From Phoronis australis (Eukaryota > Animalia > Phoronida), in NCBI GenBank assembly GCA_002633005.1, contig NMRA01000745.1, forward strand, positions 9,841 to 62,900: a stretch of 53,060 nt of DNA, in the 5' to 3' direction. Below the pieces are notes generated by a model. That model was not told the origin of the DNA. It did no database searches and saw nothing but the letters and a program-made list of their open reading frames with translations. Within the stretch, counting starts at the first letter, position 1. Each line of letters opens with the position of its first letter. This document shows, in pieces, positions 36,501-48,500 of the stretch. The position numbers and the translations under genes are program-made.

Positions 36501-39500
36501 TACTGGGGGAATAGCTTTGTTGGGAGGGGAGTTGCTTTCTTGGAAGGGGATTGCTTTTTTGGGAAGGGAGGTTGCTTTCTTGGGAGGATGGGTTGGTTTC
36601 TTCGGTCGGGATGAGGTTTTCTAGGGGATCGGGAATGCTTTCTTGGGAGGGAAGATTGTTTTCTTAGTAAAGAGAGCTTTCTTAGAAAAGGTAGTTGCTT
36701 CCTTGGGAGGATTTGCTTTCCTATAAGAAAGAGTTGCGTTCTTGAGAGGTGAAGATCTTTCACAGATGATGTGGGACAACTCGCTTTCATAGAAGCGCAT
36801 TTTACTTAAAAAGTCATCTGCATTGACTTCAGAGAATGACTCAAAGCCGAATGGAAGAATTGCTATAAAATCTGAAACACCCAGTATCTTTTCTTTTATA
36901 AATCTGGTCAAAGCAAATAACTTAATCAGGCAACAAATATCCCTAAGTGTAATTTGAATTTTAAAACTGAGTGGGTCCCATGAAATCTATACACTCCCAA
37001 GTTCAAGTAAGCTCAACCTTTTGCTCTCTTTATGATACAACCAATATGTTCTGCAAGAGTTTCAAGAGAGTGTTTTGATGAGCTTAACATGGTGGCAGGA
37101 CCAAGGTAAAGTGAATTCCGCGCCAACTTCGTTGATTCTTTGAAAAAAAGATGAAGGGATCGAGATACGATGAAAATCAATGAAATGAAATCCCTTAAGC
37201 AGGCCCAAATTCTCAAATAGAGTTATGACAGGCTGGACCTGCACAATGCCTCTTCGCAAAATCGCTCCATGCCAACAAAATTTTCTGGTGGAACCTCCAA
37301 GACCAATAAGATCCCAGATCAGAGGTGGATTATAATATACACTTACACAAAGAGTGCTTTAAGCCCGGTGTGCATTCCTTAATTATTAAAAATTTTGCTT
37401 GAATTTGAATAACATACACGGTGGTATCCAAAAGCTGTGAACATAGTTAACGCAATGAGCCACAACAGCCAAAAACATTTTTTTTTCCCAAAGAGATGTT
37501 ATTTTATGTTGTTCATCAATTTTTCAAGTGTGCAGGCGTTCTGGTACACCTTTTATAGGACATGCGCACGCACAGGTGGGACCATTGCGGTTGTCACCTG
37601 CAACCGTTTTAAGTTTTATGTCTGGGTGAAACTTAGCCGAGGAGCTAGACACATGACACAAATACGCCCCAGCGGGACTCGAACCCACGGCCTTCAGTAA
37701 AGACAGCGGGAACTTAGTGCATTTTGGACACACTGCATCCTGCTGCAGGAATGGCTACTTATAATATCTAATTTACCTGTCATCGGAATTTCCAGACACT
37801 GTCCACCATTCAAGCAAAGGTCTGGTTGGCAAAAAGCTGTAACGAGTTGAAAAATAACGATTCAAATATCTCGTGAAGGCAATGATGTAGAAACATCTGC
37901 ACGTTGTATGTAAACCTTTTTACAACATCGTCAAGGCCTTAATACATGAACAAGATGACAGTAACTGATATATTGAAGCACTTGACATCTATCGAAATTG
38001 AACTCTAGATATCGCTACATGTATTTTATCAGAGGCCTGTTTTCCAAAGAGTGTATTGGAGTTTGTCATTTCAATTTCACTTCAAGATCAAACTATGGAC
38101 GGATTAACATGTTTCATGGGAACCAAACTAAAACTGAATGTTAGAAAATGTGTCAAAACCTGGAAGTTAAAGGACACAAATATGTAATCTGCTGGAATGG
38201 ACAGAAGATACCAAACAAACTTTCAACATTTGGGTATTTGTGGTTGGATTTTTTTGGACAGAGGTCAATAGGCTCGGAGAGAAACATGCCAAAGACATAT
38301 AATACGGGTCATCTTGAACGAAAACAATGTTGCTCTTACACTGATGGCACTTAGGCGGCACACTCCAGTTGCCGTCATCTTTACATGTCACTTGACTACT
38401 GCCCAGCATGTAGTGCGTTTCGTCACACGTATACGAAGCATCCGATAAATAGGTTGTGGCGTTATACTTGACGTTGGAATTGGATACCTTAGGAGGGGTT
38501 CCGCAATCCTTAACTGTGAAACAGAGAGAAGAAAAGTTAATCGTTACACACAAGTAAAAATTGTGCCTACTCCATTTGAATCATAACTCGAACGCCTATT
38601 CAACAGAATGAGAAACATATAGTTGAACTGACGGGAAGTTCTTACAAGTAGGCCTACACGAGACATTACATATCGATTCAAGGGTCCTTTTCACGATGCC
38701 GAATTTATTCAGCTAACAGACCGTTGCCTATCATGATCTCTTGATTAAGATAACTGAAAAAACAAAAATGGACCTAAAGTCAAAGCTGAACCACTTGCCC
38801 TACGTATAAAAGTGTCAGGTGAACCATAGGCAAACAAATATGCTCTCTATTAACCTTCCGAGCTACGTCATGAAGACTCTGAATATCGAACAAGGGATTC
38901 ATAGTTGTGAAAATTGATTATCCGACCTGTAAAGTTCCAAACTTAATAAAAAATCAGTACAAAGGCGGATGTTGTTGCATAATCTTTGTGTGAGTTACAT
39001 AGCCGGACATGAAGCAGGACAGTGCTCGGACAGCGCCCTGATCAGTGTCAGATTTAGAGGGCCGTCAAGGGGGCCATGGCCCCCCTAAAATTGTCCCAGA
39101 TTACATTCGGTATTTCGGAGGTGCGCATGTCTGACGAGTATAATCCGACTAATACTCTGCCCTGCCCCCTCCCTCAACTCAAAATCCTGCATCCGCCCCT
39201 GCTGACACTAAGGGAATTGCACTAAAATCCTCCATTCTTCTTATCAAGGAAAAAACGGTTTCTCCTCATTCAGTCTACGTGTATCACAATGCACCAGCGT
39301 TCAACTGTGTCATTGTTAATTTAACTTGTCTATCATTAAATGCCCGTTACCGAACATCATCTTTTTCGAGTATTGCACCATGCTTGTGGTTAGTGACAGT
39401 TAACTATATGATCTAACTTCAACCGAGTCAGTAGGGGATTAATGAGAGAAGTGACTGCCGATTGGTCAAGAATCAGATTTGGTGGACAGAAATTCAGTTG

Positions 39501-42500
39501 CTAAGTGATTCACGACCAGAGAACGGTCAGCCCCTGAATTTTCCACTAATCATATTAGCTTTTTACAACACCTGGTATGGAAATTCTCCCGTTTTACCAA
39601 CAACATCCACTGCCATGGCTTTGTCCTGGTTACATCTTCGCTGTGTAGAGGTCATCATTGGTAGATCCAACCGAACAGTAGTGGACATTTTCCGGCATTA
39701 TAATAACAAAAAATGAGTTAAAACGCTGTCTATGCCAGAAGATGAAACATCCCGTTCACATTACATTGGATCAGTACGTGGCGCTGAATGCCTGTCCACC
39801 AAACATCTGATCGCCGTTTTGCGGGTAAGTGGTTTTCAATATGGCGCGGCTATTTCGAAAGTCAGCTACACTGGTTGCAGGCTCGTGTGTTATATGTATA
39901 GAATTGATGATGATGACAACATGTGAGTGACACAGACACGTTACACACAGTCACACAAAACTTGGAAACCGTGCGAATTATGAGAGTTATAGCAATGTGT
40001 CTTCCATAGAGGAGGGATTTTTAATGTTTTTTACTTCAGTGTTGCCAAGCAACAGACACAGAAGCCATTGACAATGAAGCACCTTCAGAGGGTGCTGCTG
40101 GGAACGGAAAGGGACCGTAAGCAAATAGGTTCGAATAAGTGGCCGCCGGTGTAGCCGTCGTTTCTGGTGAGGAGTGGGATAACGCGGCAAATTAAGAAGA
40201 CGATGCCCGCACCACTGCTGATGTTTCTTCATCGCAAGTGAAAGAACATAAAGATTGCCGGAGGTCAGCAAACAAATATGAGGCAAAGGCATAAGTTTAA
40301 GTTTCGTTTATTACTTGGAATTAAATATGACGCAAGTCCTACGATAGGGTCTAGCTGGAGTACGCAAGAACAGAAATATACGACAAAAATTGTCATTTCG
40401 CCCTGCGTTTAAAGGTGTGCACTGGTTCAAGGTAAGGTGAGATAAACAGTTTAGTTTATGTAGTTTAAATGTTACACAGAGCATTTTTTCAATTTATTTT
40501 TCATTTTAGCAACTGCGGTACGGAAATGTTGAAATCATCGTGTCATAAAATATAGAAAAATGTGTATCCTATTGCGACACATAATCAAATCTTGAATGAC
40601 ACCTGACTTTTAAACAAAAAAACTTCAAAACAATTTTGAATATTTTTAGCGAAATTTAATGTCAACTAAATCGGCAATTAACAATGAAATAATTAGAATA
40701 CTATTTAAAATGTCAACACAAAAGATTTTGTGTTTATTTAATGCAACGTATAGTAAATTGTGTTATGATTAGACCTTAACCAATTAAAGAGTAGGCAGCT
40801 GAACATGCCTTTCAGTTCAGCAAAAGTCTTCATGTTGTCGGTGACGCCGAAGATGAGACAAAATGAAAGAGGAATTGCGAGCCCTTAAACCACTCAATAA
40901 GTAGCATCTCGTGACTAAATTCTGTTGAATAACACAGATGAATAGGTAAAGATCTTAATCGTTAGATTCCATTGTAAAATATTGTTAACAAAGGTTAAAA
41001 CACTTTCTAAGTAGCAACTGATGACGTTACCGTCCACAATGACTGACGCGATCCAAATAGGTGACAAAACTTTTTCCACAAATATTACCACAAATGCTTC
41101 ACCCAAAATTATTTTTTTACTATGTGGTATGCGTTATTTTTCGATCATGTCTGCAGAATTTTTTCAAAACGAAAAAATGGTTCAACTGCCTTATTTCGAC
41201 TTCCTTGTGGTCTTCATTTGCAGTCTTCTCACAGGCAACACAGTCTCACATGTAGATCAGAAGGGAATCTGTGAGCAAAGACCCCAACCGTAGGTGTATT
41301 GTCACTACTTTCCACTACAGAGCGGTATGGTGATCTCCTTTAAATGCCATCCTCGGTTAAATTAAAACTATCGTGTTAAAATTCGTTAGAAACACTAGAA
41401 CTTTAGGCACACCTAAATGGAGAAACTCGACCGACTCGACATTGCTTGGGTCATTTGTCACTTTCGCGAGGTGTTTACGGGAGATGAACGAATCTGACAA
41501 GTTCGTGTTTTCTTACTTTTGTGGGGAAACGGGAGCGTTTTTAAACGTAAACTACACACGAATTGCGAAATAAAAAATCAAGAAATTTATGTAAGACATG
41601 CATTTATATTAGGATCATCAAATAAGCTTTCAATCTATCCCTTTAATTATAGGTCACGTGATCTACCAGGTGTATGAAGACATATAATGCTATGTTATAC
41701 CACACCGTATGAGCGCTGTATTTTTGATGTCACATGTAGTTTTAGATAGGATGTATGGATGCGCCTGTCTAAGCCCTATTAGCGTAACCAGGTGAATCAT
41801 ACTTAAAACGAAATCAATATCTTACTCTGACATTTAGGTGGATCCTGCCACTGTCCATTTTCTTGACAAGTGATGTTCGACTCTCCTCTAAGGTCATACC
41901 CGATGTTGCAATAGTACAAAGCCTCCTGTCTGCCAGTTATGTCATCGGATTCACGAATAATCTGGTTTCTCCAACCATTTCGGACATACGGCGCTGAACC
42001 ACACTCTCGAACTGCAAAGATAAAAAGACCGGTGCATGTAAAGCGTTTAACTTAACTTTATCTCACTCAAACCTCTTGTTTAAGTAAGTTTGCTTACACA
42101 TGAAACATAAGGCATTAGGTTATCTTGGTTTCCATGAAGCGAGCGGAAGACCCATAAATTTGTGTACTTATAGTCCGTAATTTACACTAAATCTCATCAT
42201 GTGCACCACAGTAATGTCACGATTTCTTGTTCACATGACTGGGTCATTTCTAACAAATCGTCAATTTTCACTGAGATAGCTGTTTTTCCACAAACTTGAA
42301 ATTTGAAATAAAATGTTTGTTCATTCCGCCATTTAACACTCCTTAAGGTTACGTAGGAAGCTCCAGAAATTTCCAAATTTGTCTGAATCGGCTGATTGAG
42401 AATTTCTGATAGTTTAATTCATGCATTGTTCTCTAACACTTCCTATGGGATTGTTTTTAAAATGTTCCCGTTTTGTATGCGAGCCTATAAAAATGACTTT

Positions 42501-45500
42501 TATGACTTTTCAAAATTGCATTAAACGAAAACGAAATGACTTTTACAGTAACAGCGTTTTCCTTATGTATTGAAAAAGATTTGATCATCTCATTGACAAC
42601 GCTGTTTTGCTATACATATACCTTTCTTTTTAGCTAAATTTTGGTTAATAGATGGTCACGATATCAAATTAAAAATGGATTGGTAAAAGTCCACAATCAA
42701 ATTCTAAAGGCTTTTGTACTTTCAGAAAACTTATACTCTTACCGATTTAAAATCTATAGCTTTGAAGATATTTGGTTAAATACTGAGACTTGTACAAACG
42801 TGCTATATACTTTAACCTTAACACCTTTCCTAAGCAGTTCTTTTCAAATACCGATTAAAACGCGGCTATCCAGGCGTCTCAGAAGAAAGCGTTTTCACCA
42901 ATTACTTTTTGAATTGAGAGGACATTCAGCTATCCTGCAGTTACATCCTCGAACCAAGACATTCCCTGAAGATACATGTACTATTCCTGTTCATAGTTAT
43001 GTAATTACAGCTGTATATTGAGACTCCTTTGCTGAGTGTATACATCCCGTGCAGAACACGAAACGATTTTGAAATTAAATAAGTTTGTTGCAAGCATGTA
43101 TTATGAGAAGGTTTGGTTAAGTTAGAAGCGGTGTTATGAACGTATTGTGGAACCGTATGTGAGCGAGCAGGTAGCCTGCGATATCAAACGGATTAGAAAA
43201 AAACTAATCCACCACCCACCCTAAGTGGTATGCCAAACAGAAGTCCACAACATGCGGAATTTGCATTCTTTCTTTGATCGCCAATCATTTCAGCCAACTT
43301 ACAATTGTTCTGCTTGCGTGAATGACGTACGTCCATGCAATGAGCTACATGTACTCCTGTGACAGCTTTCCTGATTGGCTCCAATGGTGAATACTACATG
43401 TAAAAGGTTGTGGTTAGCGTAATTTACGCATTCGGTCAGGTTGTTCTAGTCTCCTATGCAGTGAACAGTAAGAGTATGTTGTAAACTTGAGGTAAGATGG
43501 ACAGACGTGAGTAGCAATGTACGGTGTATCAAAAGCACCATTGACCAAGCATCAGTAAATTTCAGGATGTTAAAACATGTTACCGTGACAATACGTGTGT
43601 GTGTAATCTCTCGTGCACGAGCAGTTGTACCCGCCAATATTCCGGTCACAAGTTGCTCCGTTCGTGCATCTGTTGCCGTCACAGTTATCTGCAAAGTGAA
43701 ACCACGGTGCCATTGTTACTATTGAATTGACTTTTAGTGTATACGACCTTCTTCAATAAAAATAATGATGGGAATCACTGATTCTCGAAAATGCATAAAA
43801 TGTAAACTTGCAAGCACCTGCCTTTGCGCACTATGGTTACGAAATAGCTTGGCCCTGATTGTATCAACTCTTTTAGAAATACCTATTATCCATTGACAGA
43901 GTAACTCAGAAGTTTTATTTGTATTGTACACATCAGTCTTTTAAATCAAGACTGAGTTCGCAATCCATAAGCAACGAATTCTTTAGACACACAGAAGCAA
44001 AGTAAAGCGCCTCAAAATTGAACCACAAATGTCTTTGAAACAAATACCTGTTTGGCAGTGTGTTCCTCGAAACCCAGACTGACACTTGCACACATATCCT
44101 ATCCACCGGTCTAGCTTCAAACAGGTGCCTCCGTTTTGGCAAGGATTAGACAAGCACGGATCTGGAATGACAGGGATCCCAATACAAATAAAACATTGTA
44201 ACCCCTCGCATGCAAACATTGCCTTAAACATATATATGACCTTATGAACATGTCTGCATACATATATTTAGCCAAATATATATTAAACCATGCATTCCAT
44301 ATGTATTTTTGAATCTAGTAGGCATGTAGATTGCTAGATTGGTTAACAATCTGCCATTTATTGGGTCAAGTCACTATGTCGTTTGGTTTTATTAGCAAAA
44401 AAATGAAAGTTGCTAGAGCAATTCAACGATGCCGTACCTTTAACATGGCCGTTTGATATAAACATTCAAGGTGAAATCTTACAAAATAGGACCGTTTGTC
44501 ATTGCTCAATACAAAAAGCCCTGCCCCTAGTTGAAGCCTATTAATACTCTGTTTGTTCCTCTGCTTCATTGTCACTCACTCAATCTCCCCACATGTCGTC
44601 AGCAGTTTCACATTAATGTTTGACCCCCGGTGAATTCATCTGACTGACACGTAGGCAAAAATAAAAAAATGAAACAAACGTCGTAATAACCACATTCAAA
44701 TGCAATGCTTGGGTATGTTCGTGGATATTATAAATCCTCGACGAGCGATTTCTGGAGACCTGATGTTGGAGTAACAAAATGCTTGATTAGAAAGTTTTTT
44801 GATTGATCATAGATACAGAAAGCAGACATTATCCTTGTAGGAGCAATGCCGTGTATTTGAAAAAGCTGTAAAATAACATTCCAATGCAATACAATTCTTT
44901 GTAAAACTTACAACCACGAACATGAAACAAAAACAGAACGATTTCAACACAAAAAGTATTCGGCGCAATAGCCACTACGCTACCTGTTATTAACGCACCG
45001 ATTTCCCGGTGGAGGCGCATGGTGCACGTGTTGGCGTAGTTCACTGAGAAGCAAGCTTCGAAGACTCGCTATCGATTGCGAGTATAAAAAGGCAGTAAAA
45101 AGTGGTGAGGTAAAAATGTAAGTGATAGTTGTATTTTTCACGTACATGTGTCAGTGACATATGCTGTAGACAATACTATCTAAGGAATCGAAGGGTAACT
45201 TCTTACCTATGCAGTGAGGTGCTTGTTGCCATGTTCCGTCATCCTGACAACGTATGGTGTTACTTCCTCTCATGTCACGCATTGGGTTACACCCATAGGT
45301 GGCTTCCTGTCGGTGGTTTTTGATAAATTCTTTCTCAACATTACCGTCAAGGACGTTTGGAGGAGGGCCACATTTTATAGCTAAAGTAAATAACTGAAAC
45401 TCACAATCAGGCTGTCAAAACCATTGCAGTTTATTTTTAATGAAGTCAATCACTGCTACCTCATAAATCAATATATGAGTATACACTTAAAGTGTCGAAT

Positions 45501-48500
45501 TTTCGATGGGCTGTGAAAAAATTACCGAAAGGTTTAGGCACCTTGCAAATTTTATTCTTAATTCTCCTTCATCCTCGGTCATGAAGGAAGACTTACTATG
45601 AATTCGGTTTCCGCATAGCCGTCTTGACGGAAAATTCCGAGTCATTATGTCGGAATACTTTTGGCTTGTACATGTACATGTAGGTTATTCTCATACATGG
45701 GAACACTACTTCGATATTCTTTGCACATGCAAATGTAGGTTATCTTCATACATGAGAATTCTACTGCCATATCCTGTCGAGCATTCATTTCGTCTGGCAA
45801 TTCCCAGATTCAAATGAATTCTAAACGGAAAAGTGATCAGCAATCAGAAACCCAAAGTCTTTCGTATGCCTTTTAAAGATTTCATTTAAAAGTTAGTGTT
45901 TTTTTTAATTGAAAACTCGTCTATGCTATTGAAAAACATCGTGTAGGTCGTTGTCTCGAAATTTCTATTAACGGGTTTCTAAATTTGGAGTGGGATGTAC
46001 ACCTTTGTCTATGACAAGCCTCGCCAATTCTAATGGATCAACCCATTGCACACGAGGAAGAAGATTCTGAATATTTTATGGTGATGGCATAAGGCATCCC
46101 GGTGGCTCTGGGGATAAAAGTGCACAGATTCTTACAGAATACAGAATTGTGTACATCAGGTGTAACAATTGTTTTTTTAATTTGACAATAGTAAAATAAA
46201 TGAGTAAATTAAAAAACAACAGTGTAAGGTTTAGTCGAAAATAAAGGAGAATGCCACCCAAAAAAACCTATTTTGTATCGATTTAGATCGAGTAGTTCCA
46301 CTCGATAACAGCAAGTTCAGTTGTTTTACCTGACACCTGATGGCAGACGGAGGTGTTGAATTAACCAATGACGAAATCGATTCGAACGCAGTCTGTTCAG
46401 CCGTTCACAACACGCTTACTGTTGTCAACTTATCGTTTTACACCAATGAATCATCAAATTTGGATGTAAAAACCTTAAAAATACATTGAGTTCTTGAAAA
46501 ACGCTTTGTTTTATTTCACTGTTACGGATTTTTATGTATATGAACGTACGGTAGCCTACAGAGTTCGGTCAAAGAGTGTAGACTCCTAGGTTCGGCAGGC
46601 CAATTTATCATGGTCGATCGCCGGAGTTTGAGTCTGTTTGGTAATTAATTCGAATCATTCTTTCGTGAAATGCAGACATGAAAGAGAGTCGTGTGTTGTA
46701 CTTTTATATTTGCAATCTTTTTCAGTTCTAACCACAGAAAACGCTTGTTATCCCAGCCAGTGTCTCGGAACCCGATCAAGCCCGTCGCGGTCGCCGAGAC
46801 TGGACATCACAAACATAAACAAGCTTAAGTTGGAAACCAAACCTCAAGTCAGGAAAAGACTATAGTAGTGAGCCAAAGAAATAATGTGCACGTAAATATT
46901 TTGGTGAGTTAGCCACGAAACTGCAAATCTACTTTCTTGTCGGGGGCCGCGAAGTCAAGTTGCCCTTTTGCAGAACAGTCAGAACAAAAGTTGTACAGTA
47001 ACAGTGATGTGAAAAATGTACTTGTATATCTAAATAAAGATTTCCCTAGCATGTGACCATCGCATATCGAGTTATTGTTTCACAACAGCTTTCTGTCAGC
47101 AAACACTGAGTTACCATGCGCTCACACGGCCTCGGTGCCTGGTCAGTTACCTTAACTTTATTGCGTCAGAAGCCGGTAACCAAGTGTTTTTTTCAATGCA
47201 TGCTTCTCAAAACATTTGCACTCAAGAATACTCTAGGTATTAAGGGTATTACAAATTGTATCTTAAGAGACAGACTTTTTTCAGTTTGAGACTTTTTTCA
47301 GTTTGAAAATAATTCATCTTGAAAGACAACGCAGAACAATAAACGTCAACATGGCAACTCACAATCCAGACGTAGACGAGAGCTCACCCGACGAAGACTT
47401 CGCAGGTGGGTCGAGGTTTCGCAGACTATCAGGTCGAACAGGAATATCGTGATCAAGAAATACTAGAGAGGTGCCGTGAATATGCAACGGAACGTATGTA
47501 TAGTTCTTTGGTAAGCTGGCATTCGTCAGACTCACTGTCGACGACTGCCGGCCACAGACACGAAGATGTTTCACGGCCTCATACTTGCTATTAACAGCGT
47601 ACTTTTAATTCTTCGCTACCGCGAGCCACTTCCTAAGCATTTCGGACTCTCAAGGAAGTCGAAAAACTATACCCGCTTTCCTTGCATCTTCATAGTTCGG
47701 ACAAGCTGGAACGATGCACCGCAGCATAACGGCATTCACTCTGCAAATGAACCACTGACGTCGCTGCGTCGTTTCTCACCTTCCTCGCAGGTTAATGCGA
47801 CACCTCTTAGCAAGTTAAGGTCGACCGTAGGCGAGGCGATGTGGCTATAGACCGATTATGACGGTAAAAAACTATTTAAAGCGAGTGGCATTCTCCTTTA
47901 AATATAGTCCTGCACCTCGGCCTAGTACCTTTCCACTTGCAGCTGGCAACTACACTGCAGGATCGCGGGTAGGGAACTATGTGCGAGAGCAAAGCTGTTT
48001 GTGCGAGAGAAAAAAAAACGTGTCAAGAAGATGCGGAAATGAGCCTATGTGTCTGTGAGAGGTGTTTCTTTTCGTAGGAAAAGAATTTTGTTGGCAGGCA
48101 GACCAGGAACACGAGGGAAGGGAAGTCTATTTGCCCTAGTTGTGCAAGTATTTGTACAAACCTTCACAAAAACTACCAATGTAGTTGTTGTTACATAAAC
48201 AACTACAAGTAAACGCTGATCTTTTGTAAATTCCGTGGTAGCATCTATGATTCCGGCATACATCTAAAGAAATAACAATGATAATGATAATAAAGATCAT
48301 AATGAATGTACATTGTGCAGGGTAGGAAGTGAAGCCTGCTCGATATAATCCAACACGTGTACTGCACTTTTTCGAATATCCCAAAGTACGCGGTACTTCA
48401 CGCGTTAATCCGGGAGGATTTTGCTTTCCAAAGATGAATATAAAAGACTACGTCTCTTAAATAGAAACCTTTTTGAGAAATTTCATGGAAATACATCGAC

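Noticed and set aside
36276-36911. Overlapping K/P-rich and G/L-rich ORFs
   Set aside because: Translation of the minisatellite; no splice support.
37347-37378. Mini-exon [10 protein letters not shown] with a gtaagt donor
   Set aside because: Poor acceptor and wrong entry phase; the surrounding sequence resembles the repeat at about 1800-1930.
37540-37600. Cys-rich [14 protein letters not shown] as the second half of the EGF begun at 37836
   Set aside because: It lies in the body of a SINE-like element, has no good donor and lacks the terminal Cys spacing. Exon 32129-32262 completes the EGF properly.
37664-37740. tRNA gene
   Set aside because: Only the B-box arm is good; the A-box and acceptor stem are degenerate, so it is better read as a SINE head.
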